Assembly: GCA_028711415.1 (NCBI GenBank)
Contig: JAQTSG010000002.1
Span: forward strand, 1 to 51,442
DNA from: Patescibacteria group bacterium
GTDB lineage: Bacteria > Patescibacteriota > Patescibacteriia > Patescibacteriales > JAQTRU01
Direction of reading: 5' to 3'
DNA length: 51,442 bases
Part shown: piece by piece, positions 14,021-22,259 of the stretch
How the letters are laid out: each line of letters begins with the position of its first letter
How positions within the stretch are numbered: the first letter of the stretch is position 1
Program-made: the position numbers and the translations under genes
Notes under the pieces: generated by a model
The model's database searches: none
Told to the model about the DNA's origin: nothing
What the model saw: the letters and a program-made list of their open reading frames with translations, nothing else

Positions 14021-14809
14021 ATGTCCATTAATCTCAATAATTTATCGGAGGAGAAACTGGAGGAATTAAGATTGCACGACGAAGTGATTGCTAAAAAATA
14101 TGACGGAATCAGGGAACGGAATAAATTTTCCCGTTATTATCAAGATTATTGGTTAAATAAGATTTTAGATAATTTAGAAAAAGAACCGCGAAAAGCGCTT
14201 GATTATTGTTGTGGCACAGCCAGTCTGTATCCTGTTTTAAAAAGCCGTTTTCCTCAAACGGAATATATCGGCATTGATATTTCCCGGGAGATGATAAAGG
14301 TCGGCCGACATAACTATGGGAGCAATAAAAATTTTATTTTGCGTCAGCAGGACGCGGAAAATCTTGATTTAGAAAATGATTTTGAGGCGGTTATCGCCCG
14401 CGGGGCTTTCCATCATTTACCTGACCCGACCCGGGGTGTTGAACAAATATATAAAATTTTAGAGCCCGGCGGGTTATTAATAATTTCCGAGCCGGTAAGC
14501 ACCGTCCTGCATAAGTTAATAAGGAAAATAGTTTATCGGCTAACCAGCCATTTTAGCGCTACTCACAAATCTTTCTATTTCAGCGAACTTAAAAATTTAT
14601 TAAATAATAACGGATTTGAAATTATAAAAGCGGAGAGATTCGGCCTTTTGGCCTTCCCTTTCGGTTTTCCCGATATTTTTCCTTTCGTAAAATATTTCCC
14701 CTTTTTCATTTTAAAACCGCTTGTAAAAATAGATGATTTATTGGCCAAAATTCCTCTAGTAAAAAATTTAAGCTGGTCAATAATTATTACCGCCCGTAAA
14801 ATAAATTAG
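14021..14809 (+). CDS. Class I SAM-dependent methyltransferase
   Basis: LDYCCGTASL motif I and DAENL...FEAVIARGAFHH. The track start at 14006 is TTG; the first ATG is at 14021. Confidence 0.7.
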   Translation: MSINLNNLSEEKLEELRLHDEVIAKKYDGIRERNKFSRYYQDYWLNKILDNLEKEPRKALDYCCGTASLYPVLKSRFPQTEYIGIDISREMIKVGRHNYGSNKNFILRQQDAENLDLENDFEAVIARGAFHHLPDPTRGVEQIYKILEPGGLLIISEPVSTVLHKLIRKIVYRLTSHFSATHKSFYFSELKNLLNNNGFEIIKAERFGLLAFPFGFPDIFPFVKYFPFFILKPLVKIDDLLAKIPLVKNLSWSIIITARKIN

Positions 14810-14900
14810 CTTATCGCCGGTAAATTATTTAGCCGTTTGGCTTTATGGCGGCCCTTTTATTTATCCCGTTATTTGTTATTAAAGTTAAAAAATAACCTAT

Positions 14901-15053
14901 GAACCCCATTAGAAGTTCGGTAGATGTCTTCTGTCAAGGGGAAAGATAAGTGTAATTAGGTACAATTATGAAAAAAAATGATAAAATTTCTAATTTAATT
15001 AAAACTTCTAACCCCGTTAGAAATAGATTTCTAAGCGGGGCTAACGGGGTGAA
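14901..15053. repeat. Inverted-repeat bracket copy D plus a complete palindrome inside the annotated GT4 ORF
   Basis: Degenerate upstream arm CCCCATTAGAAGT (14904-14916); ATTTCTAAT (14986-14994); then CCCCGTTAGAAAT (15012-15024) directly followed by ATTTCTAAGCGGGG-CTAACGGGG (15027-15049). Confidence 0.85.
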
Positions 15054-16188
15054 ATTGATTTATCTGGCTAACGCCAGAATCCCGACCGAAAAAGCCCATG
15101 GCAGACAGATAATGAAAATGAGCGAGGCTTTCGCCGAAACTGGGTCAGAGGTGGAACTTGTCGTCCCTCAAAGATTTTCTAAAATTAAAGAAAATCCTTT
15201 TTTGTTTTACGGGGTAAAGAAAAAATTTAAGATAAAAAAAATATTTTCTCTTGATTTAGTCAATTTGGGCCGAGTAGGCTTCTGGGTTCAGACTATAAGT
15301 TTTTTAATATTGGCTAAAATTTATTTAACTTTTAAGAGTTATGATATTTTGTACACCAGGGAGCAGTTGGCCGGGCTATTTTTTAATAAGTTTGTTTTAG
15401 AATTGCATTCTTTGCCGGAAAATATTTCAAGAATCCATAAAAAAATTTGGCCAAAGGCGAAATATTTGATTGTTCTGACGAATTTTATAAAAGACGGGCT
15501 GGTTAACTTCGGTCTTCCCGCTGATAAAATTTTAATAGCCCCCGACGGAGTGGATTTGAAAGAATTTGATATAAATCTTACCAAGGAAGGAGCCAGGGAA
15601 AAATTCGGTTTGCCGACAGGGAAAATAATTCTGGGCTATACCGGAAGTTTTAAAACCATGGGTATGGATAAGGGTATTTCGGATATATTGAAAGCTTTAA
15701 AAATTATTTTAAATGAAAGGCAGGACATTTTTTTTCTGGCCGTGGGCGGGAGTAAGGAGGATATAAACTATTACAAAGGGATTACTCAAAGTTTAGGCGT
15801 GGCCAACAATATTTTTCTGCTTCCCCGGGTTGGCATTAGGGAGCTGGCAGTTTATCAAAAAGCCTGCGATATTCTGCTGATGCCTTTCCCGTATAAAAAG
15901 CATTACGCTTTTTATATGTCGCCCATAAAGATGTTTGAATATATGGCCAGCCAGCGGCCGATAATCACTTCAGACCTGCCGGCTATCAGAGAAATTTTAA
16001 ACGAAGATAAGGCTTTTTTTGTTAAGCCCGATAATCCGGAGAGTTTAGCTGAAGGTATTAAGGAAGTGTTGCAAAATAGGGCCTTAGCTGATAAAATTTT
16101 AAAGAAAGCTTATCAGGATGTTAAACATTATACCTGGAAAAATAGGGCTATAAATATTATTAATTTTATCCCGCCACTTTACAATTAA
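14968..16188 (+). CDS. Glycosyltransferase family 4
   Basis: KLIYLANARIPTEKAHG N-terminus and FEYMASQRPIITSDLPAIREIL. The first 27 codons are repeat-encoded. An in-frame GTG at 15049 would give a canonical MKLIYLAN start. Confidence 0.8.
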   Translation: MKKNDKISNLIKTSNPVRNRFLSGANGVKLIYLANARIPTEKAHGRQIMKMSEAFAETGSEVELVVPQRFSKIKENPFLFYGVKKKFKIKKIFSLDLVNLGRVGFWVQTISFLILAKIYLTFKSYDILYTREQLAGLFFNKFVLELHSLPENISRIHKKIWPKAKYLIVLTNFIKDGLVNFGLPADKILIAPDGVDLKEFDINLTKEGAREKFGLPTGKIILGYTGSFKTMGMDKGISDILKALKIILNERQDIFFLAVGGSKEDINYYKGITQSLGVANNIFLLPRVGIRELAVYQKACDILLMPFPYKKHYAFYMSPIKMFEYMASQRPIITSDLPAIREILNEDKAFFVKPDNPESLAEGIKEVLQNRALADKILKKAYQDVKHYTWKNRAINIINFIPPLYN

Positions 16189-16232
16189 TGCGGTCGGGAT
16201 CCTCCGCCTTTGTTGGGGTGATAAATAAAATT

Positions 16233-17096
16233 ATGGATAAGATTAAATGCAGTATAATTATCCCGGTTTATAATGAAGAAGGCGCAGTCTTGGGGGTAAT
16301 AGAAGAAGTGAAGGCCGTGGTTGTCGGACTGGGCATAGAATATGAAATAATCGCCGTGAATGATTGTTCAAAAGACGGGAGCGGGAAAATCATAGACCAA
16401 ATAGACGGCATCAAAGTAATCCATCATACCGTGAACAAAGGATATGGCGCGAGTTTAAAGACCGGCATAAAAGAAAGTAAATACGACTGGATTATTATTT
16501 CGGACGCGGATGGCACATATCCGATAAAAGAAATTCCTAACCTGGTTAAGTATATTGACGAGTATGACTTAGTGGTGGGAGCAAGGGTAAAAGAAGGCAG
16601 CGCCATACCCTTTGAAAGAAAATTCGCGAAGAAATTTTTAAACAGCTTTGCCGGTTATCTGGCCGGCAGAAAAATTCCCGACCTGAATTCCGGTTTAAGA
16701 ATTTTTAATAAAAATATTGTCTATAAATATTGGGGATTATTTCCTGAACGTTTTTCTTTCACTTCCACCTTAACCATGATTTCTTTAACCAGGGGTTATG
16801 AAACAAAATTTGTTCCGATTGGTTATGATAAAAGAGAGGGGAAGTCATCCATCAAACCGGCTGATTTTTTTAAATTTTTAAGATTAGTCTTGAAATTGTC
16901 GTTATTTTTCCGGCCGTTAAAAGTATTTTTCCCGATTAGTTTAATGATATTATTATTAGCGGCTTTAATACCGGTATTGTTTTTTGTCGGAGTTACTGAT
17001 TTATTTTTAGACACAACCTTTATCGTATTATGCGCAACAGCTCTGCAGACATTCTTTTTTGGCTTGTTGGCCGAGATTGTTATTTATAATAAATAA
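16233..17096 (+). CDS. GT2 polyprenyl-phosphate glycosyltransferase (GtrB/DPM1-like) with C-terminal TM helices
   Basis: CSIIIPVYNEEG, VNDCSKDGS, SDADGTYP, C-terminal hydrophobic helices. An alternative upstream ATG at 16188 overlaps the previous stop (TAATG). Confidence 0.8.
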   Translation: MDKIKCSIIIPVYNEEGAVLGVIEEVKAVVVGLGIEYEIIAVNDCSKDGSGKIIDQIDGIKVIHHTVNKGYGASLKTGIKESKYDWIIISDADGTYPIKEIPNLVKYIDEYDLVVGARVKEGSAIPFERKFAKKFLNSFAGYLAGRKIPDLNSGLRIFNKNIVYKYWGLFPERFSFTSTLTMISLTRGYETKFVPIGYDKREGKSSIKPADFFKFLRLVLKLSLFFRPLKVFFPISLMILLLAALIPVLFFVGVTDLFLDTTFIVLCATALQTFFFGLLAEIVIYNK

Positions 17097-17102
17097 ATTA
17101 TA

Positions 17103-18164
17103 ATGATTTTAAATATACTAAAATCAGCCATAAAAAATAAACTGGGTATTATTCAGTATCCTTCCTTTATTACTTTTTTAGTAACCTGGCAATGCAACGG
17201 CCGGTGTATTTTCTGCGATGTCTGGAAGAGAAAGCCGGCAATAAACGAAGAATTGTCCGTTGAGGAGATTAAAAAAATATTTAAACAATTTAAAAAAATT
17301 GATGTTTTGCGCCTTAGCGGCGGCGAACCCTTTTTACGCGCTGATTTAGCCGATATAATCAACGGCATTGAGGAAGTTAATCCTCCGGCAATGATCCATA
17401 TTACCACCAATGGAATTTTAACCGATCGAATTATAAAAACAATCAAAGCCGTAAAGCCCTTGCGAAAAATTCATCTTAAAGTGTCAATTGATGATATAGG
17501 AGAAAAACACAATAAAATAAGAAACGTCCCTGATGCCTATGATAATGCCTTTAGAACCGTGAGAGAGCTTGCTGGGCTAAGAAGCAAAACAAACTTTCAT
17601 CTTGGAGTAAATCAGGTTATTGCCGAAGAGAGCCAAATTGACTCCTACCCCGCGCTTGAAAATATTTTTAAAAAATACGGGGTTCCGGTATACCCCGTGA
17701 TTGCCCATAGCGCGAATAGTCTTTATAGCGGAAAGGGCGTAGCTGACCCGAGCAGTTATTTAAAAACCTTCACGCCTTTTTCCAAGCCGGAATTAAAGCG
17801 TTTTTTTAATATGGTGCTTAAAAAAAACAAGGAAAACAAGAATTTAACCGAACGAATAGTGGATAGGTATCGTCTAAAAGGTTTATATAACAGATTGGTT
17901 GAAAATAAGAATAAACCTCAGCCGAAATGCGTCGCCCTGAATAACCACTTGAGGATATTGCCGAACGGCGATATTCCCATCTGTATTTATAACAGTACGG
18001 TTGTGGGTAATTTAAAGGAAAATAAATTTAAAGACATCTGGTTTAATAAGGGGATGGCTCCCAGCAGAAAGTGGGTACGGAATTGTTCGGGGTGCTGGCA
18101 GGGTTGCGAATGCAAAGTAAATGGTATTTATACGGGGGACATCTGGAAAGGGCTGATTTGTTGA
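17103..18164 (+). CDS. Radical SAM protein with Cys-rich C-terminal (SPASM/twitch-like) region
   Basis: WQCNGRCIFCDVW (CX3CX2C). C-terminal cysteines: CVALNN...PICIYN...NCSGCWQGCECK. Confidence 0.75.
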   Translation: MILNILKSAIKNKLGIIQYPSFITFLVTWQCNGRCIFCDVWKRKPAINEELSVEEIKKIFKQFKKIDVLRLSGGEPFLRADLADIINGIEEVNPPAMIHITTNGILTDRIIKTIKAVKPLRKIHLKVSIDDIGEKHNKIRNVPDAYDNAFRTVRELAGLRSKTNFHLGVNQVIAEESQIDSYPALENIFKKYGVPVYPVIAHSANSLYSGKGVADPSSYLKTFTPFSKPELKRFFNMVLKKNKENKNLTERIVDRYRLKGLYNRLVENKNKPQPKCVALNNHLRILPNGDIPICIYNSTVVGNLKENKFKDIWFNKGMAPSRKWVRNCSGCWQGCECKVNGIYTGDIWKGLIC

Positions 18165-18189
18165 TTATAGAATCTTTTAAATATGAAAT

Positions 18190-19146
18190 ATGGAAATTTA
18201 TAATAGGATTCTTAGGAAAATAAAACAAAAGTACGATACCCTAAAAAAGAATCGGCTGGAAATTATCCTTTATCATTCCGTTTCTAGGGAAGAAAATATT
18301 TTTACAAGCTCCGGCCACAACATCAAACCGGATGATTTCAGAAAACAAATCCAATATCTAAAAGAGAATTTTAAGGTTATCCCCTTAAGACAAATCCGCG
18401 AGATCTTTTCCGGGGATAAAATTTTTGACGGCCCGTACGCCTGCGTCTGTTTTGACGACGGGTATTTAAATAATTTAACGGAAGCTTATCCCATTCTTGA
18501 AGAATTAAAAATTCCGGCGACAATTTTTATTTGCCCGTCCGTTTTGGGCAATAAGGGTTTATTATGGAGAGATAAAATAAATTTTTTAATTAGCCGGGGC
18601 CTCGCGGATGATTTTGTCGGGTATCTTAAAAAAAGTAAAAATTCCCATAAATATCGCTTTGCCATGTTAAAGGAAATGACTTTTTATAAATGGTCAAAAA
18701 ATAAATCAGCTATTACCGATATGTCAATCCGGGAAGATTTGGATCAATATTTTACTGAAAAAAATATATCCGAATCGCGGATCGCTAAACAATGCAATCT
18801 TTTTATGGAAAGGCGCGATTTAACCGGTTATGAATATTTGGATTTTGGCAACCATACCTGGTCTCATCCTTTAATGACCCTATTGGATTATGAACAGCAG
18901 AAGAAGGAGATCCTTAAAGCTCATGAGTATCTAAGCGAAGCGGGGATCGTTCCCTTTGCCCTGGCTATGCCTTTTTCCCCGTTTAATGACGATACCATAA
19001 AGATTTGCCGGGATATCGGGTATACCTTCCTGTTAACCGTTGCCAGCAAAAGTAATATTTTAACTTCAGAGAATAAAGATTTTTTTGTTCTTCACCGTTG
19101 GATGGCCGCTCCGGGGTTATTAAAAAAATTAAAAGCCGTTATTTAA
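18190..19146 (+). CDS. Polysaccharide deacetylase (NodB homology domain)
   Basis: VCFDDGY (Asp-Asp motif) and FGNHTWSHP (His-His metal motif). Confidence 0.75.
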   Translation: MEIYNRILRKIKQKYDTLKKNRLEIILYHSVSREENIFTSSGHNIKPDDFRKQIQYLKENFKVIPLRQIREIFSGDKIFDGPYACVCFDDGYLNNLTEAYPILEELKIPATIFICPSVLGNKGLLWRDKINFLISRGLADDFVGYLKKSKNSHKYRFAMLKEMTFYKWSKNKSAITDMSIREDLDQYFTEKNISESRIAKQCNLFMERRDLTGYEYLDFGNHTWSHPLMTLLDYEQQKKEILKAHEYLSEAGIVPFALAMPFSPFNDDTIKICRDIGYTFLLTVASKSNILTSENKDFFVLHRWMAAPGLLKKLKAVI

Positions 19147-19168
19147 TAAAGTTTAAGGCAAATTTACC

Positions 19169-20212
19169 ATGAGGAAAAAATATGACCAAAACATATTAAA
19201 TACAAGGTTTGATAAAGAATCCGGGAGCTGGAAAAAACTTTATGAAACGGATAAATCAAGTCTATTTAAATATAATAATAAAAAATACCGCCAACAGTAC
19301 GCGCTGGAAATGATCGGAGAAGGTTCCGGGTTAATTTTAGATTTAGGCTGTGGGTCGGGCAGTTTTTTTGAACTATTGGGAAAATTGGGCTACCGGGTTG
19401 TTGGTCTTGATTCTTCTTCCGGTATGGTTGAATTAGCCGCCGCTGAAGCGCGGAGATTGAATAATGGCCTGGTTATCCGGGGTAACGCGCTAAAACTTCC
19501 GTTTGCCGATAGCGCATTTAACGCCCTGTTAGCCGTGGGGTTGCTTGAATATTTTCCGGCCGATGAGGATTTTTTGGAAAAAATAAAAAAGATAATGAAG
19601 CCCGGCGCTAAAATAGTTATAACTCTAAGAAATGCCCTGTGTTTTGAAAGAAAACTCTGGAAGTTTTACGGGAAAATTGGCCTAAATAAATTTCAAGCCG
19701 ATTATTACTATCGGGAACATAATCCGATAAAATTTGAATCCCTGCTTAAATCAATGGGATTTCAAAATATTCAAAGGCGTTTTTGCCATTTTTATCCTTT
19801 TCCCTGGCCGATAAGCAAACTGGCCGGACCATTAAACTCTTTTTTCGCCAATAAGATGGAAAAATGGTTTTCCGAAAGTTTTATAAATTTTTTGGGCTCA
19901 ACCTATTTAGTCTCCTTTACCGCTCCCAGCAGCGGGTTAGGGGGGCAAAAGACAGAACCAAAAGATATATCGAATTATTTAAAATGTCCGGTGACGGGAC
20001 AGGCCGTTAAGAAAGCTGATTCTTTCGTTCTTAACAAATTAAATAAAAAAATTTCCAGCGGAGAATTGTATAATCGGGGAGGGAAGAAAATAAAAGAAAA
20101 ACTGGATGAAGCTTATATTACGGCGGATAAAAAAATAATTTATCCCGTTAAAAATAGGGCGCCAATATTTTTAGAAGAAGAGTCTTTTAATTTTTACGCT
20201 GATTTATTATGA
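19169..20212 (+). CDS. Class I SAM-dependent methyltransferase with C-terminal Trm112-like domain
   Basis: LDLGCGSG motif I. C-terminal LKCPVTGQ...IYPVKNRAPIFLEEE resembles Trm112/DUF343. Confidence 0.7.
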   Translation: MRKKYDQNILNTRFDKESGSWKKLYETDKSSLFKYNNKKYRQQYALEMIGEGSGLILDLGCGSGSFFELLGKLGYRVVGLDSSSGMVELAAAEARRLNNGLVIRGNALKLPFADSAFNALLAVGLLEYFPADEDFLEKIKKIMKPGAKIVITLRNALCFERKLWKFYGKIGLNKFQADYYYREHNPIKFESLLKSMGFQNIQRRFCHFYPFPWPISKLAGPLNSFFANKMEKWFSESFINFLGSTYLVSFTAPSSGLGGQKTEPKDISNYLKCPVTGQAVKKADSFVLNKLNKKISSGELYNRGGKKIKEKLDEAYITADKKIIYPVKNRAPIFLEEESFNFYADLL

Positions 20213-21972
20213 GAAATTTTATTTTGCGGGCAAAAAAGATAATAAATACTATTAAATATAACTGGCCGATAATTGTTATTATTGGCTTAGCGTTTATTGT
20301 CCGTTGGCGCGGGATATATTTTGACTATCCTTATGGCGTAAATTATATCTGGGACGAAGTTTTACACATGACTTACCTTATGGAAATAATTGAGAGAAAA
20401 AGCGTGTTCATCCAGGGACCGCCAAACCCGGTACTGCTGCCCTTATTATATTTTCCGATTTTAATTTTAAGAATTTTATATATCGGCCTGCGGGAAGGGA
20501 TTTATGGCGTTGATGAACTAAAGGGTTATATAATCGGGAGCGGCCTGGGCCAAATTTTTATAATTATAAGATGGTACGCGGTATTTTTTGGCACAGCCAC
20601 GGTATATTTAGTATACAGAATTGGCAAGTTAATTTTTAAGAATAAATTCAGTTTCTATTATGCTTCCCTGGTTTATGCTCTTAGCTTAGTGCCCGTGTAT
20701 TTATCTCATTGGGGCAAAGCTCATGTCCCCATGGTTTTCTTCCTTGTTTTTTCCTTATTCTTTATTTTAAAATTTGAACAAGAAAAGAAAATAAAATTTT
20801 TTTATTGGTCAACGGCGATGGCCGCCTGCTCTTTATCCGTGCATTATGTCGGGTTAACGGCTGCTATTTTTCCCTTCCTGGGGTTTATTTTCAATAAATC
20901 TATTATTCTTAGCGAGCCCAATATTGGTACATCCCAAAAACCATTTATTGGAAAATTACTCCGTAATAGAATTTTAATAAAGTCTTTTATCCTCTACGCC
21001 GCCATAGCCTCCTTTTTTTATTTAACCGTTTATAGCAGTATCGTAAGGTTCGTAACGAGCGAAAATTCAACCATGTCGGTGGGCGCGCTGGAGAGATTTT
21101 ATTATATATTCAGAGGTTCTTTTCGCCTTGACCCGGTCTTTACGGTTTTGTCTTTAGCCATAATTATTTTATGTTTTAAGAAATTTTTAAAGCACAGAAT
21201 AATCAGGTATATAATGTACGGTTTATTTTTTAACTATTTATTGATGGCGACTATTTTTGCCTCACCCATAAGAACGCGTTTGTTGCTGGTGTTTATGACC
21301 TTATCCGTTCCTTTAGCCGCCGGTTATTTGGTCGGATATTTAAAGAACAGAAATTTAAAAAATTTTTATATATACCTAATCGCTTTTTTACTGATTCTGC
21401 CTTCCGGTTTCGCCACTTCGCGCTGGTTAAACCTGGTAGAGAATAATACCTCCATAGAAATCGTGGGGTGGTTGCGGGAAAATTTAAAAAAAGATGAAGT
21501 CGCTTACTATTTTAGCGAGAATAAACCTTTAAATGCGCCTCTTTCTTATGAAGCAGCTTTATGGCATAAAGAAAATAATGGCGTGGAAAATTCAAAAAAA
21601 ATTAATTATATCATCGGCCATAAGGATGAATTTAAGGGCAAAGGGATAGACTTAAGGTCGGACTTATACCATAACAGGTTTGAGGATTTAGGCGGGGAAG
21701 AGACTAAGTACGTAATTGTTTTTTATTTCCGCGCCAGTGATGTTTCCGGAAAAACCGTTAGTCTTCCTCGCAAGAAACAAGCCGATGATATCCTGGAGAA
21801 TGTAAGAAAGTATCATCATTTAGAATTGGTTAAAACTTTTTCGCCAACCAATAATAAAGAAATAATGGAGCGGGGCGATACGGACGTTCTGAATAACCCG
21901 CAATACTGGAAATCATTTTTATATCTGGAAAAGAGCGGTCCATTATTTGAAATTTATGAAATAATTAAATAA
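20209..21972 (+). CDS. GT-C fold membrane glycosyltransferase (ArnT/PMT_2-like)
   Basis: About 10 or more predicted TM helices. IWDEVLH in the first extracytoplasmic loop, like the acidic loop motif of GT-C enzymes. ATGA overlap with the upstream gene. Confidence 0.55.
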   Translation: MRNFILRAKKIINTIKYNWPIIVIIGLAFIVRWRGIYFDYPYGVNYIWDEVLHMTYLMEIIERKSVFIQGPPNPVLLPLLYFPILILRILYIGLREGIYGVDELKGYIIGSGLGQIFIIIRWYAVFFGTATVYLVYRIGKLIFKNKFSFYYASLVYALSLVPVYLSHWGKAHVPMVFFLVFSLFFILKFEQEKKIKFFYWSTAMAACSLSVHYVGLTAAIFPFLGFIFNKSIILSEPNIGTSQKPFIGKLLRNRILIKSFILYAAIASFFYLTVYSSIVRFVTSENSTMSVGALERFYYIFRGSFRLDPVFTVLSLAIIILCFKKFLKHRIIRYIMYGLFFNYLLMATIFASPIRTRLLLVFMTLSVPLAAGYLVGYLKNRNLKNFYIYLIAFLLILPSGFATSRWLNLVENNTSIEIVGWLRENLKKDEVAYYFSENKPLNAPLSYEAALWHKENNGVENSKKINYIIGHKDEFKGKGIDLRSDLYHNRFEDLGGEETKYVIVFYFRASDVSGKTVSLPRKKQADDILENVRKYHHLELVKTFSPTNNKEIMERGDTDVLNNPQYWKSFLYLEKSGPLFEIYEIIK

Positions 21973-21983
21973 TTTATAAAAAA

Positions 21984-22205
21984 ATGTTTACAAAAATAAA
22001 AGATTGTTTATTAAAAAATAAAACCAGGAAAAATTTTACCATTTATACAATTGTCGGCGCTTTTATTTCGCTGGTAAATATTATTTTAGTCTGGCTTTTG
22101 ATAGATATTTTTCATATCTCTACTTTAATCAGCACAACCGCGGTCGTGGGCTTATTATTTATAGTAAAATTTATTATGTACCGCAAGACCGGATTTACGG
22201 AATAA
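21984..22205 (+). CDS. GtrA-like small membrane protein, half-size (2 TM)
   Basis: FTIYTIVGAFISLVNIILVWLL ... VKFIMYRKTGF resembles the first repeat of GtrA-family flippase-like proteins, which normally have 4 TM helices and about 120 aa. Confidence 0.45.
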   Translation: MFTKIKDCLLKNKTRKNFTIYTIVGAFISLVNIILVWLLIDIFHISTLISTTAVVGLLFIVKFIMYRKTGFTE

Positions 22206-22259
22206 TTATAAAGGTTCCGTTTAGCCGTAAGACACCGTTTGGCGGTGAAAAATAAAAAA

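Noticed and set aside
17103-18164. RiPP biosynthetic locus around the radical SAM/SPASM genes
   Set aside because: I saw no short precursor-like ORF, leader peptidase or dedicated RiPP exporter next to either gene. Both are embedded in sugar-modification genes.
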